64,000 bases of DNA. Origin: the human T2T-CHM13v2.0 reference genome, Homo sapiens. The notes beneath the pieces were generated by a model. It was not told the DNA's origin. It was given only the letters and a program-made list of their open reading frames with translations, and searched no databases. Position 1 is the stretch's first letter. Each line of letters starts with the position of its first letter. The stretch lies in NCBI RefSeq assembly GCF_009914755.1, contig NC_060940.1. The stretch is one strand, 5' to 3'. Positions 50,899 to 64,000 of this stretch are shown here, one piece after another. The position numbers and the translations under genes were made by a program.

Positions 50899-53800
50899 TT
50901 TAGAGGAATCTTTCACCCTTACAAGAACAAGTTATGACACTCTGGCAAATCTTAGGGATGATGGCTTGGGCTAAATACTGAATTAGATCAGCGTCTAGTC
51001 ACAGCTCTTAGATTCTGATAGTTAAAGATCCTGCTTCTGGAATACTGACGTTTGCTTCATCTAAACCTTCTACTGAAAATGATGATAATGATTGTATCCC
51101 AAATGGAAACTTATATTCAAGGTAACAAAGTTAGCGTGATTAAATTCCCATGTTGATTCCAGTTTGTTTTTCCTGCTCTCATTGTTAATAGAGCCCTATT
51201 TTACCCTCACATATATCTAGATTTTGGAGATGGATTACATAACTACCCTAAAAGGTAATAAATATACATATGCTTATTAAAAATAAATAGATAAATAAAA
51301 ACACACGAAATGAGCCCTTTCATGATTTTCATGTAAATCACATGCACACAAACATCTTCTTGGTAGCAATGGGTAATAGAAGACAGTTGAGGTTGATAGC
51401 GATAAGGGCTCCCCTAATGGGTGCTGGCTGCCTTCACATTTGTGCACCTAAAATTGTTTTCCAGGAAGAAGTGACAGCCCACCCCAGAGGAGCATTCAAG
51501 CCTCTGACTCCTGCAAGACAGATGCTTGCTTCCGAGTTTAAAATGACATTTCATTCCAGATTCTTCTCAATTTGACCACTAGGGTTTTAAGACTGTTGGG
51601 CCAAGTTTTATTCGGAATTCAAACTGGAGGTGTTGTGTTTTCCTTTCTCAGCATTCTCTGTGGGAAGAAACATTTGCTAGCTGCTTGGCCAAGCAGCTCC
51701 GTCTTTGATAATAGTAGGTGAGGTTTTATTTCTAACCTCCTTTTCTTAGTGTATGGAATGACTACAGTGACTCCTATGACACCTTTTTTTTTATAGGTAG
51801 TCTCACTTGCTTTTAAAAAACATCTCTACTTGCTTAAGCATAAGTGCTATTGCCTTTATTTCCTCCTACCATCTCATACATCTAGCAAACTCTTTAGCAA
51901 TATTCTTTCTTTTTCTACCCCCAACAAATATTAAAAAAAAACTACTCAGAAGTAAAACAACAATTAAATAGAAGAAAATGCCAGTATCAGTCATCTAAAA
52001 TAAAAAATATCAAAAGAGAGTATTTTGTAAATCAAAATAAATCTTTCCAACTCTATGGGCTCTCTTTGAAGTATTAGATATTTATTTTACACCAACCTCA
52101 AAATATTGTCTAGGAAGACAAATACCTAGACAAATGATAAGCATATTTTTGTAATAAATTTAAAAATTCTATTTCCCCCTGACAATGCCAGAAAAATAAT
52201 AACAAAGCTTTAAGAGAAAAAAACTGCAATGATAATCAATATGACGACAATCAGTACAATGTGTTGCTACTCACATATTTGCCCGAAAACATTGTTAGCA
52301 ATGATTCTGAACACAACATAGGACATTCTCATTGTTGGCACCACCTCATTGTATGTTAAAGTCAGCAAAGAGAATAAAAAAAGCCAAAGGAAAAGAATCA
52401 GATCACCATCCTGCTGTATTCTTTGAAATTTATTCAAAATTAATTACAAATGCTAGTATCTGTTTCATGTTTGCTTTGAATTAGCAATCTGCTTCTCTAA
52501 AAGGTACTTGAAATTGTTCATAATAAAATCAGTTGTATAACACTGTAAATGGTATGCAAGGATATAGAAAAAAATAGAAAAACAGGTATCATTAATAAGA
52601 AAGTGTTAAGTTCATTCCAAGGCAGAGCTGAGCCATTTGCTCAGTATATCACGCTCTGTGCTCCCTGGTAGCCAGTGCAAAGAAGGAGAGAGAAGGAGAG
52701 TGAGAGAGAGAAGGAGAAAAAAAATAGAAAGGAAGAAAGGAGATAAGTTACATAGTTACTATTTCATGACACAACACAACTCTGCAACTCTTCAGAAAGT
52801 GCTACACAAGCACTAATGTATAAACAAAGTGGTATTGCTTATTTTCTAATCAATGTCTCTAGGTAGCCTCAGCCTACACTTCAGTATCCTTATACGTAAG
52901 TAAAATTTATGTAGAGCATATGTATTGCCAGAAATATTTCCCTGCCTTACATATTTCACTTTATGGTTCATTACTCACATTTGTTCTTAAATACTGTAGT
53001 TTTAACAGCTGCCTCTAGTTTCTATCAAAGTACCCTAAAAATCCTGTAATAATATTTTCCACCTCATTTCCTCCTTTCTTTTGACTGCATTGTGATAAAG
53101 CACTGTGTCCGATAAGGGAAAGTGACAGCCTTGTCAAACTCTAGACCAAGCATTTGCATACCATTATTTTATTCACATGATTAGAGCAGGCACCAGAAAC
53201 TGAAGGAATTTGCTTTCCCTAAATAATACATTTTCACTGATTATGGTGTTTTATCCTACAATCTGTCACTCATAAACTATCTCTTTCATAGTTCTGGGGT
53301 TGTTTTTTGGAGAAAATGCGTTCTTTATTTTCTGCCAAAAATTTATTGTTGTGGAAACAAAATTAATACAGGAACACTGGACACCATCTTATTTTTGATG
53401 AGCAACTGAATACCAGTCATTAATGTTAATATGATGATAAACCCACCAAATGCTTTAGTGTCTTTAATCCCAGAAGACAAAAGTACTTTATAAACCTTAA
53501 GTAAATATTGCAAATGTCAGTAGTGCTTCGTCAGAAGACTTTAATAGCTGCTTCAGAAAAACATTTTCATTTCTTGTCTACAAATTGCCTAATAATCACT
53601 TGTAGGAAAAAATAAATAAATCCCTTATTCAAAGTCTCCCATATTACTTCCTCTCAAAAGGGTAGAATATCTTTTCATGTTGAACTTCTTATTTCTCCAG
53701 TTCATTCATTCAGATGGTAAAATTCATGAATTGAACTATTTTTCTCATCAGGTTTTGTTCTGGTCAACCTTGAAGGGAAGACTTATCAACAAACAAGCTC

Positions 53801-54513
53801 TGGCAGAAATTATTCTAAGAGCTAGATTTCTCCCCTATTAATTATATGAGTGTCAAAAGCTTACTCGAGGAAAGAATAATTTCCACAGCAAGAGGTAGAG
53901 ATATTCTATAACAGTTGCTTATAGTAATTGCCTCAATTCATTTGCAACTTAGCTCCTGCTCTTTTGTCTAGCTGCATGTAAAAAGGCACAGCAAAGAGCG
54001 CTGTGTCTGAGATGTGACATAATATGTATTTGAATCCTTGCTCTTTGTACTAGCTCTGTTACCTGGATCTTGCAAAACCGTAGAAGAGTTCCATTATTAT
54101 CAAGCACTGGTCATCTTTCAGTATCCCTCTTCCTAACATGCATTAGTTCTAGTGGCTAATTCATGTTTGGGAAAGTCACCTAAGTATCCTCTTTGTTTTT
54201 GCCTCAGTTTGTTTTTGGCAAAAGTTACCTAATATTAATTTCCTGTTTGTTCCTGTAAGAGTGTGTGTCTTGGATGCTGGAGGCTGGAAAAGCTTTGCAG
54301 ATCCTCTGCCCTAAGTGTAGAGATGCATGTTCCCTCACCTATGTAGAATAAAGAAAACTATAGCAATTTCTTTTTGTTTCCTCTGTCCCAGCGCACAGAG
54401 ATATTTGGTTTTAGTTATGTGGATGATGACTTCATTCAGAACAACTCACATTCCCCGCTGATTTTCCACCATTTCTGTATCAGTAGCCCCTGTCCAAGGT
54501 TTTCTTCTTATAA

Positions 54514-55413
<900 letters not shown>

Positions 55414-55442
55414 ATTGCATACAAGGGATATTGTTCCCAGTC

Positions 55443-56016
55443 TGTTACTAGTGGAGGGTCTTGACTATGAGTTGTCCAGGTTCTTGGCGTTTTGAACAAA
55501 TTGGACAAAACACACAAACAAAGCATCAAAAGAATGAAGCAAGGAAAGCACAGATTTATTGAAAGGAAAGTAAACTCCACAGAGTGGGAGTGGGCTCAAG
55601 CAAGCAGCTCAAGAGTGCTGGTTACAGAATTTTGTGGCATTTAAAAATACCCTCTAGAGGTTTCCCATTGGTTACTTGGTTACACCTTATGTAAATGAAG
55701 GAGTGGCTCATGACCAGTCTGATTGGTCGTGGGAGGCGACCAATCAGAGGCTGAAGAGAAGTTAGGAAGTTACACATAAAGACTTGGCCCCTGACCAATC
55801 TGACTGATTGCAGGAGGGGGCCAATCAGAGGTACTTTCCATTTTTCACCTGGAAAATGGGAAACGGGTGAGGGGGCAGGGCATTCCAAAAGCAGTAGGCT
55901 CTAATCCTTTTGTTACTTGAGCATGGAAAGGTGGGGTTTTCCTTTTGATTCAGTTCTAGGAAGTCCTACTGAATTGGCCTTAGGTTCCCTGCCTCCAGAC
56001 CTATTCTCCTGCCTCA
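55443..56016 (-). mobile_element. MER51-like ERV1 solo LTR
   Basis: Reverse complement begins TGAGGCAGGAGAATAGGTCTGGAGGCAGGGAACCTAAGGCC. Several CCAAT boxes. TSD agtc/aggc. Confidence 0.82.
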
Positions 56017-56129
56017 AGGCTAAGCATCTCCCCTACAACTGCCCCCACCCTGCCACTCCTGCCAAACTGCCTCTCTGAAGGCCAACTTGTGAAATTCTCT
56101 ATTCTTGCATGAAGATAAGGAGGTATGTA

Positions 56130-56360
56130 TCTAAATACAGCTGTACCTGTCAGTGAATCCTGGTCCAGCCCCTTACTGGAGATATGACATTCAATAGCTA
56201 ACTTAACCATACTGAATCTTCTTTTTCTTATCGTCTGTGAAATTGGGCTTATAAGAGTATCTACGATAGACATTAGTTGTGAGGATTAATTAAATTTAGA
56301 AACTAATATTTATAAAATATAAAATACGACATTGCCAGAATAAAGACTAGCACTCTGTAA
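56130..56360 (+). mobile_element. MIR SINE
   Basis: gtgaatcctggtccagccccttact...atcgtctgtgaaattgggcttataa...ttgtgaggattaa. Confidence 0.7.
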
Positions 56361-56869
56361 GATATTATAAACTTTACCAGTAGTCACCTTGTACAGCACT
56401 CCATTCAATTTTGAAATCCTTTAAGCGTGCTTTAAAAAATTTTCGAAATCCTTTAAGGGTGGTGTAACGTGACCCTTACTCCCTAGGGTCACCTATCAGT
56501 TTATTATTCATAAATTGACAACTGAACCTTTACTGTCTTCATCTCTTCACCCTACCCTGTCTTCCCTCCTTTCCCAGGACACATTCTTTTTTCACTGTCT
56601 GTAGCTTGGGCAACCAGTCATTCCTATTTATAAGAATTTCCCTTTGATGAAGCTGGAAATAATTTCAGTTCTGCACATAGGCAGATGGGGTGACATGAAG
56701 GGAGAGAAATATCTTAGTTCCCCTCTGCTTGTATTATCTTTTGTGAAAACATAACAGTAATTTAGTTAACAAAAAGAACTGAAGTATGAAAAATCCTTCT
56801 TAGACTTTAGTGATTATTAAGAGCTAATGATTTTTCAGTATCTCTCTGCCTAACATTAATCAGCTCTAG

Positions 56870-57197
<328 letters not shown>

Positions 57198-58744
57198 TAG
57201 TCCCTGATTTTTATCTCCAACATATGGAGTATGAGGCTGAGATCGTCTTTTTTGTTGTTCACTTAAACTACAGCACAATCTACGTCCCACCAAGAGGGAA
57301 GAATAAGCATCCTTGAAGATGATGAACAGATGAGAAGATCCATTCTGTCCAAATTTGTATTTTCTAATTGTTATGAATATTTAAATAAGAGAATTTTGTA
57401 AACAGATTAGAACAGTGCTAACATACGCTTGGTGGTTGACTTGTTTCCATTATCCTTGTGCAACATTCTAGCTGAGGCAATAGGGCAGTTATATGTATAC
57501 TTATGCCTTCATATTCAGTCTGCTAAACCTTACTTCTAGAATTGGTGTTTTATAATGATGAAAGCTTAAGAAGATTTTAACGTCTTAAATTTGGGGGAGC
57601 CTAAATCATTGTCATTTTTGTATTGCTGCTTTTATTCATCATATTAGTGTCAACAAAAATGGTTGGCAAGATAATTTCGTGAAATGATGCCACATATGAA
57701 AATGAAATGAACTGGCATCTTAAAACTTATATAAAAACTACGGGAAAGGGCTGCTACATTTCTTTAAAATTGTCCTTTACAAAAGAATAAAATTTCTTAT
57801 AAAGTAAAAAAACTAACATTTTACACCTGTTTGTAATTATTGCATTTTTACACATGTGTATTTCATTTCTGTTACAATTAAATGAATAATCAAAATGCAG
57901 ATATTTTCCTTCTGCTTTTAGAGCTCTATTGCATTACAGATAGACTTCAGAAATAGCTTTGTTTCTCTAGAGAAAAAAACTTATTCCATTCAAGAATGCA
58001 ACTATTATTATAACACATGCACATTTTTAACTGATAGGAAATATAAATATGTAAGCCTGACCTTAAAGTCAATTGTATTTACTTTATAATCACCAAAAAC
58101 ATTAGAAAAGAAATTGATTTATAATAAATTCACACTCTGTATTATTTTTAAAGAGGGAAAAATAGATAGATAGTTAATCCTTCCAGATTCTGATGGGATA
58201 TTGAACATCCTCTGTTCTAGATGTTTTGTGTATGTGTGTTATTTATCTTTCCTTGGCCTCCCTTGACTATTTGTCTCAACATTACATGCCAGCGGCTTTT
58301 TCTCTTGCTTGAGGGCAAACAGCATATTGTTCATGTTGATCATGGTGAATGCTTGTTTTCTCATTGTAAAATAATTTACTAGTCATCAGCATCCCCACAG
58401 ACGCTGTAGAACTGTCCTTCTTTTACACAGCAATGGCAAAGGACTGCACTTCCTTGAAAACTTGGGTAAGGCTAACTAGAACAAAATCACTTGCAAAGAA
58501 ATTAAATGGTAGAAATTTAAACCAAATATCAGTCACTTTCCTAACTCATATGAATGGGTAAGAAGGGTGCAGATAAAATAAACGTGACAAGGTCAAGCTT
58601 GTTTCTAAATCCAAAGAGTTCTCCCAATCAAATTTGGGGTTACAGAGCAAGAATTGAAATGAAACAGCAGAGGAGCAGAATACCAACAAATTACAAATCC
58701 TATGTTGAAGCCAACTGGTAGGAGAAGGCCTGATATCAGAGAAG

Positions 58745-58970
58745 AAGCTTGAGCTTTGAAGTCAGATATACCGCACTTACGTTTGAATTCTAGCTCTACT
58801 GTTTCTTAACTTCAACTGAAGTATATTACCTAAATTCTCCAAAGTCTCAGTTTCTTTATGTGCATAAAGATAGTAATACCTATCTCCAAAGCACTTGAAG
58901 AATTGAACTGGAAAATGTGGATAAAATACCTAGCACACTATCTCTGGCACGCTGTAGGTATTCCAGTATT
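58745..58970 (+). mobile_element. MIR SINE
   Basis: gctttgaagtcaga...gtttgaattctagctctact...ctcagtttctttatgtgcataaagatagtaataccta. Confidence 0.75.
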
Positions 58971-59919
58971 TGTTCCTTTCCCTACTTCTCCTCTCAGGAA
59001 GTGGCATTAATTCCTGCAATCTGTTTTTTTCCGGAAAAACCAGAACTCTTTCTATCAGAATTCAGCTAGTGCTGAATTAACGTTAGGTCCTGCCATAAAG
59101 CGGCTTTATCATTTCCCAAATTCCCTTTAAGTATGCGTGTGAGGGGGTAGTAACTTGCCTCCATTTACTCTATTTTCAGAGATTCCTCATGCAAGGCTGT
59201 GGGGGAAACACAGAAAATAGTGAAATTTCAATTTGCAGGGAACAAAGTAACAGAAAATATTTCTTTGAGACTCTTCAGTGTTATCTATCAAAAAGTCACT
59301 GGTTTGTTTTCAAAGGAAATAGCCTTTTTTTTTCCTTTGTGGAATAAATTATGAAAGTGCTCCTTGATAACTGCCGGTAATACAGAACTTTTTCCATCAT
59401 TAGAAAATCCACAGAATTATTGGACAACTTCAATTGTTATACAAATAAACAAAAATCTTTAGAGTGGGCTAAGATGGCCACCTTAGAAAGAATTATAGCA
59501 CTTATTAAGAAGCAGTAATAAGACAAGTATTTGAAGAACTATCAGTTTGCAGCAGCATTAAAAAAGACAGCTCTGTACTTACCTTTATCAGAATGAACAG
59601 AGATTTTCATTTATTTTTAAAATGAGTGTAGATTTGGATAACACATTTGTATTCTACTCATGGCTTTGCCAGCAGTAGGACCTTGGAAATGTTTACTGAT
59701 TTTCTGGTTGATTCTGTTTCTACTTATATGGAAAGTAAGATAATCATGTTCCTTCTAGCTCATGGAAGATGCCCAATAAATGGTAATACGTATACATGTA
59801 TACCAATAGAACTAAGGTCATTATCTTCTTCAATTCTGACAAAAGGCTACAGATTATTCTCTTGTGTGCAAAAGATAAATAACACACATACATACATGAG
59901 AAAATTGGTTATATGTATA

Positions 59920-60280
59920 TAATATGTTGTGATCAAGTCAGGGTCTTTAGGGTGTCCATCACCTGAGTACAGTACATTTTTGTTACGTATCGTCATCCTA
60001 CTCTGCAACAATCATTGAATTTATTTGTCTTACTGTATGTTTGTACCCTTTTACCCACTTCTCTTCATTCCCATCCCCCCTACTCACCCCTCCCAGTCAT
60101 GTTGTCTATTTTTCCACTCTATACCTCTCTGTTCCATGTTTTTAGCTCCCACATCATGAGTGAGAGCATGCAATATTTGTCTTTCTGTTCCTGGCGTATT
60201 TCATTGAGACATTAACCTCCAGATCCACCCATGGTGCTGTGAATGAAATGATTTTTTGTTTTTTTAACTGCTGAATAGTT
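59920..60280 (-). mobile_element. L1MA (about L1MA4) 3' UTR fragment
   Basis: tgatcaagtcagggtctttagggtgtccatcacc...tttagctcccacatcatgagtgagagcatgcaatatttgtctttctg. Confidence 0.85.
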
Positions 60281-61227
60281 AGATTAAATAGTAATAGTGG
60301 ATCCAGGATTTGAAATCAGGACAGCTACCTTCTTTTATACCATGAAACTGTGAGTAAATTGCAGATCAAGCAAGACGATAGGCACAGATGTTCTCTGAAT
60401 GTTCTAGCTTGGTTTGTAGCCCCACCAGGGGCAAGTGTGAGGTTAGTGAGAGTTCTAGACTTCATGCAAAGCAATGTTGTCAGGTAGCCATTCCACATGA
60501 TAGTCGTGTACAGTGATAAGGAGGGATATTACACATAAAAGCAAGACAACATTCAGCTGTTAAATTTATTCCTGCTGATTTTTGTTCTTCACTACAGCTT
60601 GTTGAGGTTATTTTGGATGTTGGCCCTGGTTTTGATTTAAATTCAAACTGCATGTGGCTTTCATATCTTTATCCAGTTTTTGATCAAGACAAAGCCAAAG
60701 ATGCCTCCTGAAAAGAGGTCCCATAGTGAAATCTATTACAAAACACTTAGTGGATAGGGTTCACAATGAGCTGTAAAGTGTGCTATTCATATTTACAGTG
60801 TACTTAGAAGCCCATTTAAAAAATCTAGTTCACAAAGTTGCAATAATTTTTTTTCTAGTTGAAATAATTCATGTTATAATACATAGTATCATTCACTTGT
60901 TTGGAACCTCAAAAAGAAAGGAAGATGGTAACCAAGCTTCAGAAACAACAAATTCCAGAAGAATGTCTGCCTTATTTGTCAGTGTTATCCTTGGTTTCTA
61001 GCACAGTAGCTCACACACACAGTTGCTCAAATAATACTTACGAAATAATTATTTTTTTAAACCACAAAATTAGTTGTTCTAGTCATTACACATAGATTTG
61101 TTCTTTTTATATATGATTTTCATCAAATATGGGATTACATATTTGATGAAACTAACTAGTTCATAGCACAAATTCCTATAAAAACAATTTTGTGAAGGAA
61201 ATCTAGTCTGGACCACAGTAGAGCTAG

Positions 61228-61434
<207 letters not shown>

Positions 61435-63439
61435 TGAGTTATGAGTCCTGGACTCACAGACCTTCATTATGCTTCAAAACAATTTACTTGTAGAAGTAAC
61501 CATTAGCATGCCAGTTGTTTTACACACATTCTGTCAACCAGTCATCTAAATTTTCCACTAAGGTAGATGCTATTCTGATCGTGTTACACAGATAAGTAAA
61601 ATGAAGCTCAAATAGTTTGTTTTTGCCAAATTCTAATAGTGCTAAGTGTTATTTCTCATGATTTTTTCTTATCTCTAGATACTGCAGTTTTCAGAGACTT
61701 TGAAGGCTGAAGATGAAAATAAGAAGGTAAAAATAAATTCTGCATTAGTCAAGTTTTTCCAAGCTTAGAAATGTCTATATAGTGGGGATTGGAAAGGGGA
61801 AATTCCAGGTAAAATAGGAATTTGGAAAATAAAATTTAGTTCATTAGTAAATCTAGTATCTCTGCCTCGAAGAATGAGGTTATCATGGCAAAAAATATAG
61901 GAAATTCTTAGCAATTATTACCAAATTCGTAAGATAAATTTCGTCTTGCAATCAGTATCCAAATAATCCAAATTTAAAAGAAAATGAAAGCTAATATGTA
62001 AATGATTTCCCCAGTGTCTCTTCTGTCTTTACAAAATGAAATTGGTTCCCATAAGTGTATTCATTTTCCTATTATTAGGAACAATCACTTAGAATGATGT
62101 TTTTACTATTATAAGAATGATCACATATTCTGATATGTGTACTTTTTGAAAACAACATCCCTAGAGGAATCGTCTTAACTGAGTGTTTCAAAGTGTTTAA
62201 CATAGTGCCTGCTATATATGTGCATGTAAATATATGGACTTTTTTTTAGAGAAGTCACAATTGGAGAATTGAATGCTGGAGAAACACTAGTAAAATGAGA
62301 AGAAAATTAGCATGCGTGTCTCTCGGTTAAATGAGCATGCAATGTGGAAAAGGGGGTCACATTAGTTAATTCATTGAATCTCTCAAATCACTCACTGATT
62401 AGATACTCTGAATTCAATAAAAGTTTGATTTGAAAATATTTTAATTGGGTGTTACTGGTTGGCTAGAATTGGCTACATAACACAGATGATTCTCACTATT
62501 AGATAACATATTATTGTTAAAAAATGATCACACCTTTATTATCTGTGACATTTTGTGATACAGATGTTGCATTTTTATGCAAAATGCAATCAATAATTGT
62601 TATAAAATACTATAATGAAATTAGGCTGATTGCTCTATTTGATTTAAAATGTCATATAGTAAAGGTTATTTTCACTCATGAAGATTAAATGCATGTGGCC
62701 ATATGTTAGAACAATCTTTTGAATTGAAAATATACTCAGCTGAAAATTGTCTACAAACTCAGAAATATCCAAAGAAAAATAGCTTTCTTTTTTATTTGCC
62801 AAAGCATCTTCTCTCAATTAAAATGTCATTATGTTACACTCATGGATGACACTCCATTATGACAAATCTTGTATCAGAAACAGTAAATTATTCTATATAT
62901 AAATTTGATGGCATTTTGATATGAAAATGTGTAAAATCTGTCAATACCCCGGAAATGGAACATCAACAAAGAGGATTATTGGTCTACCCAAATAATAATG
63001 TAACCATTCAGAGGATAATGTTTTCCAATCGCAATTACTGCTCTAATTTTAAAGGGGCTATCATTTACAATAATTTGGCAGATTTGGCTCATATTTCTTT
63101 CAGAAGTTCATTTCTTCATTATGCTTCAAAACAATTTATGGTGCATTTATGTTGGGGAAGATAATTTGCTTATTTTACTGTGAGTGGAAATCAGTAATTA
63201 CATACAATCCCATTTTCTCCAGACATAAAGTTAATTCATAGTGGTAATTTTATACAGAATATTAGCTTGCATTAGTTATGATGAAAATGTAACTGTAGTA
63301 AATGCCTCTATTATAACTGAATTTCCTTGGACCTGATGAAAAAAGGAATGTTGACTTAGTAATAACAATTCCATGATGTTGTGGCAAGCCTATGGATCAT
63401 TTGCCCTACTAGCAGTATGTGGGAAATTATTACTGCCAA

Positions 63440-63630
63440 CACTCTGGCTTTGGATACGACTGAGTTTGAATCCAGACTTCTCTATTTCTGTGCTATGCAA
63501 CTTCGAGCAAGTAACATAGCTTGTGCAAGCCTTAATTTTGTCACCTGCAACAGGGAAAGAATTACAATACCTATGTCATAGCGTTCTTGTTAGGGTTAAG
63601 TGAAAAGATACATGAGCAATTTTAGTTTGT
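63440..63630 (+). mobile_element. MIR SINE
   Basis: ggctttggatacgactgagtttgaatccag...acctatgtcatagcgttcttgttagggttaagtga. Confidence 0.75.
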
Positions 63631-63779
63631 TTCCCAAATTTATGGATATAGCAGTAGTGTTTTGAAAAGGACCTGACAGAAATGCATCAAAATATGTATT
63701 TATCTTCACCCAACCCTGACTAGAAGATCCTTATACTGGAGGAAAGCATACAATAAAAATAAAGGAAGGAAGGATTTTT

Positions 63780-64000
63780 AATTTCTATACAAATGTTTGT
63801 TGGGATTTTGTTAGGAACTGGACTGCCACATTAATAATGTTTTCCAATTCATTAACATGGAATATCTCTCCAACATTGTCTTTATAAAATTTCTCCAGTC
63901 TTGCAATCTTTTGTATAGTGGCCTTATACATTTTTAATTAAAAGTGATGCTACATGGTTTACAATTTCTTATGCTGTTGTAAATGCCAATTTTATTTGAT
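63780..64000 (-). mobile_element. Old L1M ORF2 fragment running off the window end
   Basis: tgggattttgttaggaactg...ttccaattcattaacatggaatatctctcca...tgctgttgtaaatg. Confidence 0.7.

Overview
Primate (human-like) AT-rich, CpG-poor genomic DNA with no supportable protein-coding exon, so either an intergenic region or a large intron. It is dominated by interspersed repeats. The centrepiece is a nested retroelement cluster at 25.5-35.2 kb. A full THE1B MaLR element (- strand) carries three later insertions: a 6.05 kb HERV-H/LTR7 provirus (+), a solo LTR7Y-like LTR (-) facing the provirus 864 bp downstream, and an AluY. Other elements are a near full-length old L1MA (41.1-48.8 kb) with Alu, THE1 and MLT2A1 insertions, a two-LTR MLT1, an HSMAR2 fragment, L1PA fragments, nine Alus, two adjacent ERV1 solo LTRs, and MIR/L2 remnants. 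Structure not explained by repeat families includes a ~410 bp inverted duplication of apparently unique sequence (17.9-18.3 kb vs 21.5-21.9 kb), templated inverted insertions inside two L1s, and motif-dense repeat-free islands that may be enhancers. Repeat subfamily names were assigned from remembered consensus features, not from an alignment. I found no evidence of a new protein-coding system.
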